Source: Candidatus Aminicenantes bacterium RBG_19FT_COMBO_65_30 | Lineage (GTDB): Bacteria; Acidobacteriota; Aminicenantia; Aminicenantales; Saccharicenantaceae | Length of the DNA: 61,307 bases | Direction of reading: 5' to 3' | NCBI GenBank assembly: GCA_001775755.1 | Contig: MEYF01000076.1 | Location: 1 to 61,307 of the forward strand | Shown here: positions 1 to 9,289 of the stretch, piece after piece | Layout of the letters: every line of letters begins with the position of its first letter | Position numbering within the stretch: the first letter of the stretch is position 1 | Notes under the pieces: generated by a model | The model's database searches: none | Seen by the model: the letters and a program-made list of their open reading frames with translations, nothing else | What the model was told of the DNA's origin: nothing | Translations under genes and position numbers: made by a program

Positions 1-949
1 CGGCCGATTCGATCCCGGTGTCACGGACATTCCGCACGATTTCCGCGGCGATCGAGCTGCGCACGACCTCCCAGAAATGCCGGCCCTCCGGCGAATCGTT
101 GCCGGCCATGCGGCGGAAGCTCGCGTTGCACAGGACGATCCGGGCGTCCTTGTCTAGAACACAGAGGCCCTCCCGGATGGAGGCCAGGATGCTGCGGATC
201 TCCTCGTTTTGCACCCGGATCTCTCCGAACATGTCCTTGAGCCGGCCGGTCATGGCGTTGAAACTGCGGGCGAAATCCCGGAACTCGCCGCTCCGGCGCG
301 TCGAAACGGTGACATCGAAATCTCCGGCCGCGACCCGCTTCGAGGCGTCGATGACCTCGCGGACGGGCCCGGCCACCGACCGGGTCAGGAAGAAGGCCAG
401 GATCAGGGCGACGAGGGTCACCGCGCCGACAAACTTCATCAGGTCGCCGCGAAGGGCGGCGAGGAGAGCTTCGATATCCCTCATGAACACGCTCAGACGG
501 AGGGCTCCGACGACCCGGCCCTCCGCCCGGAGGGGGATGCTCATGTACATCATGTCGGCCTTGAGGGTCGAGCTCGGACGGATGGACATCAACTTCTCGC
601 CCCGAAGGGAGGCTTGGATCTCCGGGCGGAAGAGATGGTTCTCCATGTCCCGCGGCTCTTTTTCCGAGTCGGCCAGGACATCACCGTCCGCATTGATGAC
701 GGTGATCCTCGTCCCCGTCCTCCGTCCGACGCCCGTCACGAACCCCTCGAGGTCCCCGGTGCCAGCCCCCATAAAGTACGGGAGGACTTGGCCTTCGAGA
801 AGGACAGCCATGTGCTCCAGTCCGGCGGCGCGCTCCTCGATATGATGCGTCCGCATCAGCGGCGGCGCGAAGAGCGTCACCGCCGCGGCCAGAAGGACGA
901 TGACCGCCGCGTAACCCGAAAAAACCCTGAGAAAGAGCGTCTTTTTCAT
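1..949 (-). CDS. phoR: sensor histidine kinase, PhoR-like (N-terminal part; the gene runs off the window edge)
   Basis: This is a reverse-strand ORF open to position 1, absent from the ORF track because it has no stop inside the window. The ATG at 949-947 overlaps the stop of the upstream response regulator (ATGA). My translation begins MKKTLFLRVFSGYAAVIVLLAAAV (TM1). It continues with about 150 aa, a second TM (LMKFVGAVTLVALILAFF), a HAMP-like segment (SVAGPVREVIDASKRVA) and then a PAS-like region. The kinase core lies outside the window. Confidence 0.7.
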   Translation of the reverse strand, partial: MKKTLFLRVFSGYAAVIVLLAAAVTLFAPPLMRTHHIEERAAGLEHMAVLLEGQVLPYFMGAGTGDLEGFVTGVGRRTGTRITVINADGDVLADSEKEPRDMENHLFRPEIQASLRGEKLMSIRPSSTLKADMMYMSIPLRAEGRVVGALRLSVFMRDIEALLAALRGDLMKFVGAVTLVALILAFFLTRSVAGPVREVIDASKRVAAGDFDVTVSTRRSGEFRDFARSFNAMTGRLKDMFGEIRVQNEEIRSILASIREGLCVLDKDARIVLCNASFRRMAGNDSPEGRHFWEVVRSSIAAEIVRNVRDTGIESA

Positions 950-1623
950 TCTTCGAGCTTGTACCCCACGCCACGGATATTCTTGATGAGCGAAGCCGCC
1001 TCGCCCAGCTTCTCCCGCAGGTTGCGGATGTGGACGTCGACGGTCCTGTCGATAACGGCTTTTTCGCTGCCCCAGAGGAAGTCGAGGATCTGGTCCCGGC
1101 TGAACACCCTTCCCTTGCGAGAAGCCAGGAGCTGGAGGATCTTGAACTCCGTCGCCGTCAGCTCGACCTTCGCTCCCCCGGCCGTGACCTCGAACTTGTC
1201 GAGGTCGATGACCAGTGTCCCCACCGAGATCCTCGGCCCTGCCTCCCCTCCCCCGGGCCGCCGGAGGACGGCATGGATGCGGGCCACGAGCTCCTTGACG
1301 GAGAAGGGCTTGGTCATGTAGTCATCGGCGCCGAGCTCGAGCCCGACGACCTTGTCAGACTCGTCGCCCCTGGCCGTTAGCATGATGACGGGGATCCCGG
1401 CCAGGCTTTCGGACCTCCGGATCTGGCGGCAGACCTCGAGTCCGTCGGTGTCCGGGAGCATCAGATCGAGGAGGATGAGGCTGGGCTTCTCCCGGGCAAG
1501 ATAGCGGTAGAGGTCATCCGCCTCCTGGAACCCTTCGAACCGGTAGCCGGCCTTCTGGAGGGTGATTTTCAGGAGCTCGAGGATATCGGCCTCGTCGTCA
1601 AGAGCGGCAATCACCGGGGCCAT
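946..1623 (-). CDS. phoB: OmpR/PhoB-family two-component response regulator
   Basis: 225 aa. The receiver domain shows LILLDLMLPDTDG and TKPF. The C-terminal winged helix shows RTVDVHIRNLREKL...GVGYKL. It is translationally coupled to the kinase and sits next to the pst/phoU cluster. Confidence 0.85.
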   Translation of the reverse strand: MAPVIAALDDEADILELLKITLQKAGYRFEGFQEADDLYRYLAREKPSLILLDLMLPDTDGLEVCRQIRRSESLAGIPVIMLTARGDESDKVVGLELGADDYMTKPFSVKELVARIHAVLRRPGGGEAGPRISVGTLVIDLDKFEVTAGGAKVELTATEFKILQLLASRKGRVFSRDQILDFLWGSEKAVIDRTVDVHIRNLREKLGEAASLIKNIRGVGYKLEE

Positions 1624-1719
1624 GCCTTCACCTCGCTCTTCTTATGATGCGTTATTATAATCAAAAGCCTGCCGATTGACACCGGTTTTTTTATCAAATC
1701 TTAACAATCCCCTGCTCCA

Positions 1720-1923
1720 ATGGTCCCGAGAGGCAAAGCGCCCATGACCACGATATCGGCAACGCTCTCCTTAATCCTCTCCGTCGTCCTTGCCGCCTGG
1801 TGCTTCTGCGGGATCGTCCGTCGTTACCGGAGGATATCCGGGTTTCCGTGGCTTTTCTCGCTCGGATTCGCGGCCGCCGCGACGGCCGCCGTCTTCGCCC
1901 TTCACGCCCTCCTCTCCCGCTAA
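1720..1923 (+). CDS. hypothetical small membrane protein (two predicted TM helices)
   Basis: 67-aa ORF in the phoB / MBL-hydrolase spacer, with two hydrophobic stretches (ISATLSLILSVVLAAWCFCGIV and LFSLGFAAAATAAVFALHALL). An internal ATG at 1744 with GAGAGG upstream is an alternative start. No recognisable family. Confidence 0.3.
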   Translation: MVPRGKAPMTTISATLSLILSVVLAAWCFCGIVRRYRRISGFPWLFSLGFAAAATAAVFALHALLSR

Positions 1924-2031
1924 GATATATCGATCATCCGGACGCGCTGCGGGCATGATACCGTCATCGCCATCGGTTGCGCCGGCGTTTGCCGCGGGTG
2001 TATAATGGGAAAAAGCGCGGAGGAACTCACG

Positions 2032-2769
2032 ATGGATAAACTTGTGCTGGCTGTTTGTTTCCTGGCCCTGGGCCTGGCCGGCTTCGCCGCGGCCCGGCAG
2101 AAGTCCGAGAAGGACGTCATCCCGACGGCGAAGGGAGCCCTCGAGATCACGTTCCTCGGACACGGCACACTGATGATGACCTTCGGCGGGAAAACGGTCC
2201 ACGTCGATCCCTACGGCGAGGTCGCCGATTACGGCTCGCTCCCCAAGGCCGACCTCGTCCTCATCACGCACGACCATTTCGACCACCTGGATCTCAAAGC
2301 CTGCAAGGCGATCCTCAAGACGGACACGACGGTCGTCGGCTCCAAGGCCTGCGCCGCGCAACTGCCTGACGCCCTCACCATGGCCAACGGCGATTCCCGG
2401 ACCGTCCTCGGCCTGATGATCGAGGCCGTCCCGGCCTACAACATCGTCAACAAGAGACCGGGCGGCGGCCCGTTCCACCCCAACGGCGAGGGCAACGGCT
2501 ACGTCGTCGCCTTCGGCGACAAGCGGGTCTATATCGCCGGCGATACGGAAAATACGCCCGAGATGAAGGCCCTCAAGAACATCGACGTCGCCTTCCTCCC
2601 GATGAACCTGCCCTACACGATGTCGCCCGAAATGGTCGCCGACGCGGCCCGCGCCTTCCGCCCGAAGATCCTCTACCCCTACCACTACGGCGACACGGAC
2701 ACGGCCAAAATCATGGAATTGCTCAAGGGCGAAAAAGGGATCGAGGTTCGGATCCGGAAGCTCAGCTGA
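2032..2769 (+). CDS. secreted MBL-fold metallo-hydrolase
   Basis: HxHxDH motif (LITHDHFDHLD) and beta-lactamase-fold spacing. I place the start at ATG 2032, which has GGAGGA 7 nt upstream and gives the signal peptide MDKLVLAVCFLALGLAGFAAA. The ORF-track ATG at 2005 lies inside a perfect TATAAT (2001-2006). Confidence 0.85.
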   Translation: MDKLVLAVCFLALGLAGFAAARQKSEKDVIPTAKGALEITFLGHGTLMMTFGGKTVHVDPYGEVADYGSLPKADLVLITHDHFDHLDLKACKAILKTDTTVVGSKACAAQLPDALTMANGDSRTVLGLMIEAVPAYNIVNKRPGGGPFHPNGEGNGYVVAFGDKRVYIAGDTENTPEMKALKNIDVAFLPMNLPYTMSPEMVADAARAFRPKILYPYHYGDTDTAKIMELLKGEKGIEVRIRKLS

Positions 2770-2798
2770 GGAAGGGGCCTCAGAACGCCGGAATGAAG

Positions 2799-3503
2799 CT
2801 ATTCTCCCCCGGCGCAGGTCTTCAGCCGCGCCTCCCGCCCCTCTTCGGCGCGGTGCTTGATGGTTTTGCCCCGGACCATATAGATGACGTCCTCGGCGAC
2901 GTTCGTGGCGTGGTCGGCGATCCGCTCGAGGTGCCGGCCGATGAGGATCAGGTCGACGGCGCGGGCGATCGTCCCTGAGTCCTGCATCATGTAGGTCAGG
3001 AGCTCGCGGAAGACCTGGTCATTGAGTTTGTCCACTCGGTCGTCCCGTTCGCAGACGTCCTTGGCCAGCTTGTCGTCCCCGTTGATGAAGGCGTTGAGGG
3101 CGTCCCGGACCATCTCCTGGGCCAACTCGGCCATCCGCGGGATGTCGATGAGCGGCTTGAGCTGGGGGTGCTTGAGGAGGTCCATGGTCCGCTCGGCGAT
3201 GTTGACGGCCAAGTCGCCGATCCGCTCCAGGTCGCTGCCGATCTTCATGGCCGAGGTGATGAAGCGGAGGTCGGTGGCCATGGGCTGACGGAGCGCCAGG
3301 AGGCGCATGGCCATCTCGTCGATCTCGATGTCGAGGAGGTTGATGGCCTCCTCCCGCTCGAGGACCTGACAGGTCAGCCTCTCCTCCCGGTCCTTGAGGC
3401 CGCGGACGGCTAGGGCGATCTGCTCCTCGGCACGCGAGGCCATCTCCAGGAGTTTCTCCTTGAGCAGCTTGAGTTCTTCGTCGAACGGGCGTTCCGTTTT
3501 CAT
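2799..3503 (-). CDS. phoU: phosphate signalling complex protein PhoU
   Basis: 234 aa with two PhoU repeats (DLERIGDLAVNIAE and HLERIADHATNVAE). It lies directly downstream of pstB. Confidence 0.95.
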   Translation of the reverse strand: MKTERPFDEELKLLKEKLLEMASRAEEQIALAVRGLKDREERLTCQVLEREEAINLLDIEIDEMAMRLLALRQPMATDLRFITSAMKIGSDLERIGDLAVNIAERTMDLLKHPQLKPLIDIPRMAELAQEMVRDALNAFINGDDKLAKDVCERDDRVDKLNDQVFRELLTYMMQDSGTIARAVDLILIGRHLERIADHATNVAEDVIYMVRGKTIKHRAEEGREARLKTCAGGE

Positions 3504-3538
3504 CTTATATTCTCCTTAGGCCGACGGCGAGGCCCCGC

Positions 3539-4309
3539 TTATCCGAACCGCCCGGTGATATAGTCTTCGGTGAGCTTGTTTTGTGGATTGGTGAAGATCT
3601 TCTCCGTCCGGTCGAACTCGACGAGCTCTCCGAGCATCATGAAGGCCGTGTAATCGGACACGCGGGCCGCCTGCTGCATGTTATGGGTCACGATGACGAC
3701 AGTGTAGCTTTTTTTGAGGTTTTCAATCAAGTCCTCGACCTTGGCCGTGGCGATGGGGTCGATGGCCGAGCAGGGCTCGTCGAAGAGGATGACCTCGGGC
3801 TCGACGGCCAGGGCCCGGGCGATGCACAGGCGCTGCTGCTGCCCGCCCGATAGGGAAAAGGCGTTATCCTCGAGCCGGTCTTTGACTTCTTCCCAAAGGG
3901 CGGCGCCCCGCAGGCTTCTCTCGACCACGGCCTCGAGCTTTCTCTTGTTTTTCATCCCGTTGATCCGGAGCCCGTAAGCGATGTTGTCGAAAACCGACTT
4001 CGGAAAGGGGTTGGGCTTCTGGAAGACCATGCCGACCCGGCGGCGCAGATCGACGACATCGACGTCCGGCGAATGGATGTCCTTGCCGTCCAGGAGGATC
4101 GTCCCCTCGACTCGGGTCCCGGGGATGACGTCGTTCATCCGGTTCAGGGTCCGGATGAACGTTGACTTCCCGCAGCCCGACGGACCGATGATGGCCGTCA
4201 CCCGGTTCCTGTGACAGGAGATGCTGACGCGCTTCAGGGCCCGGCTGGGGCCGTAATAGAAGTCGAGGTCTCTCGTTTCGATCTTGGCGACGCTCGTCTC
4301 GGGGCTCAT
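3539..4309 (-). CDS. pstB: phosphate ABC transporter ATP-binding protein PstB
   Basis: Walker [13 protein letters not shown] signature LSGGQQQR and Walker B ILFDEP, plus a typical PstB N-terminus ([10 protein letters not shown]). Confidence 0.95.
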   Translation of the reverse strand: MSPETSVAKIETRDLDFYYGPSRALKRVSISCHRNRVTAIIGPSGCGKSTFIRTLNRMNDVIPGTRVEGTILLDGKDIHSPDVDVVDLRRRVGMVFQKPNPFPKSVFDNIAYGLRINGMKNKRKLEAVVERSLRGAALWEEVKDRLEDNAFSLSGGQQQRLCIARALAVEPEVILFDEPCSAIDPIATAKVEDLIENLKKSYTVVIVTHNMQQAARVSDYTAFMMLGELVEFDRTEKIFTNPQNKLTEDYITGRFG

Positions 4310-5166
4310 CTTCGCTTTCTTCTCAGCCTATAGCGGAGGACTACGGCCGTCATGTTCAGCCCCAGGACGAGGGCGATCAGGACGAGGGCCGTCCCGTAGG
4401 CCAGGGGGCGTACCTGCTGGATGGCGTGGTGTTGGGTGGCCATGATGTAGAGGTGGTACGGGAGGGCCATGAATTGGTCGCCGAGGGATCGCGGGAGATA
4501 GGGCAGATAGAAGGCCGCTCCGGTGAACAGGATCGGAGCCGTCTCCCCCGCCGCCCTGGCCAACCCGAGAACGGTCCCGGTCAGCATGCCGGGTACGGCA
4601 TATGGCAGGACGTTGGTTCTGATGGACTGCCATTTGGTCGCGCCCAAGGCCAGGGCCCCCTCTCGATAAGAATCGGGGACGGTCTTCAGAGCCTCTTCGC
4701 TGGCCGTGATCGTCCAGGGCAGGGTCATCAGCCCCAGGGTCAGTCCGGCCGACAGGATGGATGTCCCGAAGCGCATGGCGTTGACGAAGAGAATGACCCC
4801 GAAGAGGCCGTAGACGATCGACGGGACGCCCGAGAGGTTCCGGATGGATAACCGGATGAGGCGGGTCAGGCGCGTCTGGCGGGCGTACTCGTGGAGGTAG
4901 ATCGCGGCCGACATCCCCAGGGGCACGGCCAAGACCGCGGTGATGATGGTGACCAAGAGAGTCCCGACGATGGCCGGAAAGATGCCGCCCTCGGTCATGC
5001 CGCGCCTCGGCGCCTGGGACAGGAATTCCCAGGAGATCGCCCCTCCCCCTTTCCGGCCGATATCGTAGAGGAAGAGGAAGAGGACGGCCAGGACGAGTCC
5101 CATGGCCGCCCGCAGGGCCAGGAAGCCGATGGATTGGGCGATCTTCTTCCGGGTCGACTTCCTCAT
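4306..5166 (-). CDS. pstA: phosphate ABC transporter permease PstA
   Basis: 286-aa polytopic permease with the EAA-type loop ([12 protein letters not shown]). It overlaps both pstB and pstC by 4 nt. Confidence 0.9.
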   Translation of the reverse strand: MRKSTRKKIAQSIGFLALRAAMGLVLAVLFLFLYDIGRKGGGAISWEFLSQAPRRGMTEGGIFPAIVGTLLVTIITAVLAVPLGMSAAIYLHEYARQTRLTRLIRLSIRNLSGVPSIVYGLFGVILFVNAMRFGTSILSAGLTLGLMTLPWTITASEEALKTVPDSYREGALALGATKWQSIRTNVLPYAVPGMLTGTVLGLARAAGETAPILFTGAAFYLPYLPRSLGDQFMALPYHLYIMATQHHAIQQVRPLAYGTALVLIALVLGLNMTAVVLRYRLRRKRR

Positions 5167-6098
5167 CGCTCTTTCTCCTGGTACTTTCGGAGGACGACGT
5201 CGGCGGCCATGTTGACGAGGAAGGTCATGACGAAGAGGACGAGGCCGATGGCGAACAGGGCGTAATAATGCGTCGTGTAGTAGGGCACTTCTCCCAGCTC
5301 GATGGCGATTCCGGAGGTCATGGTCCGGACGGAGTCGAGGAAGCCGTGCGGGAAGGACCTGGCGTTGCCGGTGGCCATGAGGACGGTCATGGTCTCGCCG
5401 ATGGCCCGGCCCATGCCGAGCATGCCGGCGGCGATAATGCCCGATAGGCCGGCCGGCAGCTTGACCCGGACGAGGGTCTGCCAGCGTGAGGCTCCGAGGG
5501 CCAAGGAGGCCTCGCCGTAGGCCGCGGGCACGGCGCTCAGAGCGTCTTCGGAGATGCTGATGATCGTCGGTAAAGCCATGATGGCCAGGAGCACGCTCCC
5601 GTTTGCGGCGTTCAGGCCGTGGCCCGTGTGGAAGACCTTGGCGATCGCCGGCCCGAAGAGGACGATGCCGAGGAAGCCGACGACCACAGAGGGTATGCCG
5701 GCCAGGATCTCGACAACCGGCTTGAGGATCTCACGGACGCGCCAGTGGGCGACGTCCGAGAGGTAGGCGGCGACGCCGATGCCGATGGGGACGGCCAGGA
5801 GGAGAGCGCCGCCCGTGACCATGAGGGTGCTCACGACCATGGACAGGATGCCGTACTCGGCTTTTTCGGGCGAGGTCGGGTCCCAGTTGGTCTTCAGCAG
5901 GAATTCGGAAGGTCTGATCTCACGGAAGGCGGGGATGGCGGTCGATAGGAGCGTGGCGAAGATGCCGAGCAGGACGAGGACGGCCAGGATGCCGCAGGTG
6001 AAGAAGAAGGCCCTGATCGCGGCTTCACGGAAATTTCTCCGTTTGTTCTTGCGCATCGCCCGTTCAGTGCCTTCTTCAGTTGCCGGGTTCATCCTCAT
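5163..6098 (-). CDS. pstC: phosphate ABC transporter permease PstC (start uncertain)
   Basis: Polytopic permease with the loop YGEASLALGASRWQ. The listed ORF starts at TTG 6164, which would overlap pstS by 50 nt. ATG 6098 (MRMNPATEEG) lies just after the pstS stop, and ATG 6056 is another option. Confidence 0.85.
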   Translation of the reverse strand: MRMNPATEEGTERAMRKNKRRNFREAAIRAFFFTCGILAVLVLLGIFATLLSTAIPAFREIRPSEFLLKTNWDPTSPEKAEYGILSMVVSTLMVTGGALLLAVPIGIGVAAYLSDVAHWRVREILKPVVEILAGIPSVVVGFLGIVLFGPAIAKVFHTGHGLNAANGSVLLAIMALPTIISISEDALSAVPAAYGEASLALGASRWQTLVRVKLPAGLSGIIAAGMLGMGRAIGETMTVLMATGNARSFPHGFLDSVRTMTSGIAIELGEVPYYTTHYYALFAIGLVLFVMTFLVNMAADVVLRKYQEKER

Positions 6099-6114
6099 CG
6101 GAGACAGAAGTCCA

Positions 6115-7011
6115 TCACCTGAGATTTTTCTCGTTTTGGGCTTTGTGGTTCGGGCCGATGGCAAAGAAGCCCTCGCGCTCGACGATCGCCTGGCCCTCGG
6201 GACCGCTGATCCAGCCGAGGAGCCCGCCGACGTCGGCCTTGGGCTTGCCGTTCGTGGCCATATATAGGGGCCGGGCGATGGGATAGTCGCCGGAGTCGAC
6301 GGCCGCTTTGTCGGTGGGCATATACCCGGCGCCGCCCGGCTCCTTGGAGACCTTGAGGATCTTGAGGCCCTTGCGGACCTGCCCGCTCTGGTCGAAAAGG
6401 TAGCCGACCCCGACGTATCCGACAGCGCCCTCGTCCTGGAGGACGCCCTCGATGATCTGGGCGTTGCCGTTCATCTCCTTCATGTCGGCCGAGTAGTTCT
6501 TGTTGCCCAGGACGAACTCCTGCATGAACACGTAGGTCCCGGAGTTGGACTGCCGGCCGTAGAGGGAAACGGGCTTCTGGTATTCGCCGACGGCCTTCCA
6601 GTTCTTGATCTCGCCGCGGTAGAGCGCGCCGACTTGGGCCATGGTCAGCTGTTCGACCGGATTCTTGTCGTTGACGATGACGCTCAAACCGTCGACGGCG
6701 ACGACGAAGAAGCGGGGTTTGATGCCTTTCTCCCAGGCCTGGTCGATCTCCTTCGGTTTCCATTCGCGCGAGCTGTTGGCGACATCGCAGGTCTGGTTGA
6801 TGAGGCCGGTGATACCCGTGCCGGAGCCGCCGCCGAGGACGGCGATGGCCGCGCCGGGGGTTTTTCCCATGTACTCCTCGGCCAGGATCTGGACGAGGTT
6901 GACCATGGTGTCCGAGCCCTTGATCTGGATCATCTTCCGGGCCGGGGCGGCCAGGAGGAGGCTGCCCAGGAGGGCCAGGCTCAGGACCGTGATGACGATT
7001 GTCTTATTCAT
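6115..7011 (-). CDS. pstS: phosphate ABC transporter substrate-binding protein PstS (PBP superfamily)
   Basis: Signal peptide MNKTIVITVLSLALLGSLLLAA and the motifs GSDTMVNL and GGGSGTG typical of PhoT/PstS binding proteins. AAGGAG RBS. Confidence 0.9.
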   Translation of the reverse strand: MNKTIVITVLSLALLGSLLLAAPARKMIQIKGSDTMVNLVQILAEEYMGKTPGAAIAVLGGGSGTGITGLINQTCDVANSSREWKPKEIDQAWEKGIKPRFFVVAVDGLSVIVNDKNPVEQLTMAQVGALYRGEIKNWKAVGEYQKPVSLYGRQSNSGTYVFMQEFVLGNKNYSADMKEMNGNAQIIEGVLQDEGAVGYVGVGYLFDQSGQVRKGLKILKVSKEPGGAGYMPTDKAAVDSGDYPIARPLYMATNGKPKADVGGLLGWISGPEGQAIVEREGFFAIGPNHKAQNEKNLR

Positions 7012-7068
7012 ATCATATCTCCTTTCGGGTGATTCCCGGATCTATCCTGACCAGGTCTTCCCGCCGCA

Positions 7069-8226
7069 TCAGAAGGACAGGAAGAACGTCAGGTTGAAGA
7101 CGATGTCGCAGTTTTTCGTGGCGGCGGCGTTGTAGCGCGTGCCGTCCTTGTAAGTGTAAAACCAGACGTTCGGCTGGAGCCTCCAGCTCTTGTGGTAGGG
7201 GGCCCAGTCGAGTCCGGCGATGACGAGGCTCATGTCCAGGTCCCTGTCGAGGCCGTTCGGCATGTAGCTGTCGTACCGGCCGAAGAGGGCGAGCTTGTCG
7301 GGATCGACGGTGTAGCGGCTGAAAACGGACCAACCGCCGACATCGTACTTGACGCCGTCCGTCTGGTTGAGGTCGTTCTTGTAGACGAACCACTCGCCGC
7401 CGATGACCAGGTCCTTGACCATCTCGAAGAAGGCGTCGAGCTTGTAAATCGCGGTGGCCGGGGAGGTCTCGGCCGGAAGCGCGGCCGTCGGGAGCCTTCT
7501 TTCGTAGTCCATGTAGCCGACGAATGAGAGCCCGGCGATGGGCGTGATCTGGGCCTGGAGCTCGATCTCCTTGAACTGGTCGTTCTCGGCGTGGCTGTAA
7601 TGAGTTCCGTTGTATACGCCTGCGGCCAGGCGGAAGTACTTGGCGAAGGAGTATTTCAGGGTCGCCCCGAGGTCGGCGCTCGACGTCAGGATGTCCTTCT
7701 TGGTGATGTCTTTGTAGCCGTCGAGGAGCGTCTTGGCGACGCTCCGGTAGCCCCAACGCTCTTCGGCGGGCTTGAAGGTCAGCGTCTCGATCATGCCGAC
7801 GTTCGCGACGAGCTTGGGGACGAGGAAGTTGGAGTACTCGAGGTAGAGGTGCTTGATGAAGGGGCGGAGCTTGTCGTCCTTGCTCGTGGTGACGCTCGAG
7901 GACCCGAAATTGACGTTGAGGCCGGTGATGTTGGCCGTGTTGTCGGCATCGATGCGGAAGCGGAGCTTGAGGTTGTCGTTGATCTTGTTCTCGTATGTGA
8001 AATAGGCCCGGCGGAACACGAACTGGTTGCTGAGGTAGGCCGTCGTCGGGCTGCTGGGTTTGAGCGTGAGGGGTCCGGCGTTGTTCAGGTAATACCTGTA
8101 ATCAAGGTAGATCGTGGTGGTAAACGTCTGCGGCGACGGCGTTGTCGTCTGGGCCATCAGGCTCACCAACGGCGGGACCAGGGCGCCCAGGACCAGGGCG
8201 AGGGCCAGTTTCCGTGGCTTTGTCAT
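7069..8226 (-). CDS. outer-membrane beta-barrel porin, possibly phosphate-selective (OprO/P-like by context)
   Basis: Start taken at the internal ATG (MTKPRKLALALVLGALVPPLVSLMAQ, a signal peptide) preceded by GGAGA. The sequence has an alternating beta-strand pattern and the aromatic C-terminus FNLTFFLSF. It sits immediately upstream of pstS on the same strand. Confidence 0.7.
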   Translation of the reverse strand: MTKPRKLALALVLGALVPPLVSLMAQTTTPSPQTFTTTIYLDYRYYLNNAGPLTLKPSSPTTAYLSNQFVFRRAYFTYENKINDNLKLRFRIDADNTANITGLNVNFGSSSVTTSKDDKLRPFIKHLYLEYSNFLVPKLVANVGMIETLTFKPAEERWGYRSVAKTLLDGYKDITKKDILTSSADLGATLKYSFAKYFRLAAGVYNGTHYSHAENDQFKEIELQAQITPIAGLSFVGYMDYERRLPTAALPAETSPATAIYKLDAFFEMVKDLVIGGEWFVYKNDLNQTDGVKYDVGGWSVFSRYTVDPDKLALFGRYDSYMPNGLDRDLDMSLVIAGLDWAPYHKSWRLQPNVWFYTYKDGTRYNAAATKNCDIVFNLTFFLSF

Positions 8227-8319
8227 TCTCGTGTCTCCTTTCTTTCTCCTTGACCTCCCTTGACTTGGCTTCTGGGGAGGGAACACACCTAGTGTCCGCC
8301 CTCAATATAGGAGGGAAGA

Positions 8320-8364
8320 ATGAAGAAACGATTAAGAAAGACTCAATTTTGGGTAAAGAAAACG
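8320..8364 (-). promoter_or_regulatory. candidate Pho box: direct repeats abutting a -10 element
   Basis: The minus strand reads TCTTTCTTAAT CGTTTCTTCAT, two TTTCTT cores 11 bp apart. These are followed 10 nt later by TATATT (8309-8304). A third TTTCTT core lies about 22 bp further upstream. No -35 hexamer is evident. Confidence 0.4.
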
Positions 8365-8399
8365 CGCTAAGGTTGGTTCAAAGATCGGGCGGAAAAAAA

Positions 8400-8475
8400 T
8401 GGCTCCTCGGGCAGGACTCGAACCTGCAACCTAGTGGTTAACAGCCACCCGCTCTGCCGATTGAGCTACCGAGGA
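8400..8475 (-). tRNA. tRNA-Asn (anticodon GUU), CCA encoded
   Basis: The reverse complement is UCCUCGG UA GCUC AAUCGGC AGAGC G GGUGG CUGUUAA CCACU AGGUU GCAGG UUCGAGU CCUGC CCGAGGA G CCA. This gives a full cloverleaf with a GUUCGAGU T-loop. A run of seven T follows on the minus strand. Confidence 0.95.
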
Positions 8476-8542
8476 GCAGGCCGGATTAATCTAGCAAAAA
8501 GAGGCCGAAAAGACAAGAGGGACAGTCCCTGGAATCCAGTCG

Positions 8543-9289
8543 CTAGAACCGGTAGCTGGCCTGCTTGGCTATCTTGCGGTAGTCGTCGCCCCACATTTCG
8601 ACGACCTTGCACATCTCGTATATGCGCGACCTGAGCCGGACGCCGATGCGGTCGATCAGGCTGTCGCCGCCCTTCTTGTAGAACGAATCGCGCTTATCCT
8701 CTTCTTCCTCGGTGTCGGGGTAGTTCGTGGTGAAGAGGGTCATCTTCTTGTGGTTGTAGCGATGGTTGATGATGTAGAAGACCGTCTCCTCGACCCAGGC
8801 CGTCGTCCGCTTGGCCCCGAGCTCGTCGAGGACCAGGACATCGGACGAGAAGACGGGAGCGAGGACATCGGATTCGGAGAGCGTGGACTCGGGCGTGAAC
8901 GTACTCTGAATCTCCCGGATGAGGTCGCGGAAATCGTAGAAGATGCAGGCGGCGTCCTTGGCCCGCATCAGCTCCTGGATGATGGAAACCGCCAAATGCG
9001 TCTTCCCCACCCCGCAGGGACCGATGAAGACGAGACCGACCTCCTGGGCCGGGTAGTTCTTGACGAACTGCCGGGAGATCTTCAGGGCGTCCCGGTGGGA
9101 GTCGTTGTGGACCTCGAAGTTGTCCAGGCGGCAGGCCTGGTAGCGCTGGGGGATATTGGCCTGCTCGAGCAGGGACTGTTTCCAGCGCTCGGTGAAGCAG
9201 ACACAGCGCTTGGCCACCTGGGAACCGCCGGCGTCTTCGAGGAGCCAGCCCGTCCCTTGGCACTTCCCGCAGACCTTCTGTTCGTTCAA
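8543..9289 (-). CDS. DnaC/DnaI-family AAA+ ATPase (helicase-loader-like) with an N-terminal zinc-ribbon-like motif
   Basis: Walker A GPCGVGKT and Walker B VLVLDELG. The N-terminus carries CGKCQGTG...CVC. The TTG start overlaps the sigma-factor stop (TTGA). Confidence 0.8.
   Translation of the reverse strand: MNEQKVCGKCQGTGWLLEDAGGSQVAKRCVCFTERWKQSLLEQANIPQRYQACRLDNFEVHNDSHRDALKISRQFVKNYPAQEVGLVFIGPCGVGKTHLAVSIIQELMRAKDAACIFYDFRDLIREIQSTFTPESTLSESDVLAPVFSSDVLVLDELGAKRTTAWVEETVFYIINHRYNHKKMTLFTTNYPDTEEEEDKRDSFYKKGGDSLIDRIGVRLRSRIYEMCKVVEMWGDDYRKIAKQASYRF

Noticed and set aside
8543-9289. DnaC-like ATPase considered as the IstB subunit of an IS21 element next to a tRNA, a typical integration hotspot.
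   Set aside because: There is no IstA transposase, no terminal inverted repeats and no disrupted flanks. The gene is translationally coupled (TTGA) to the sigma factor within a housekeeping operon.
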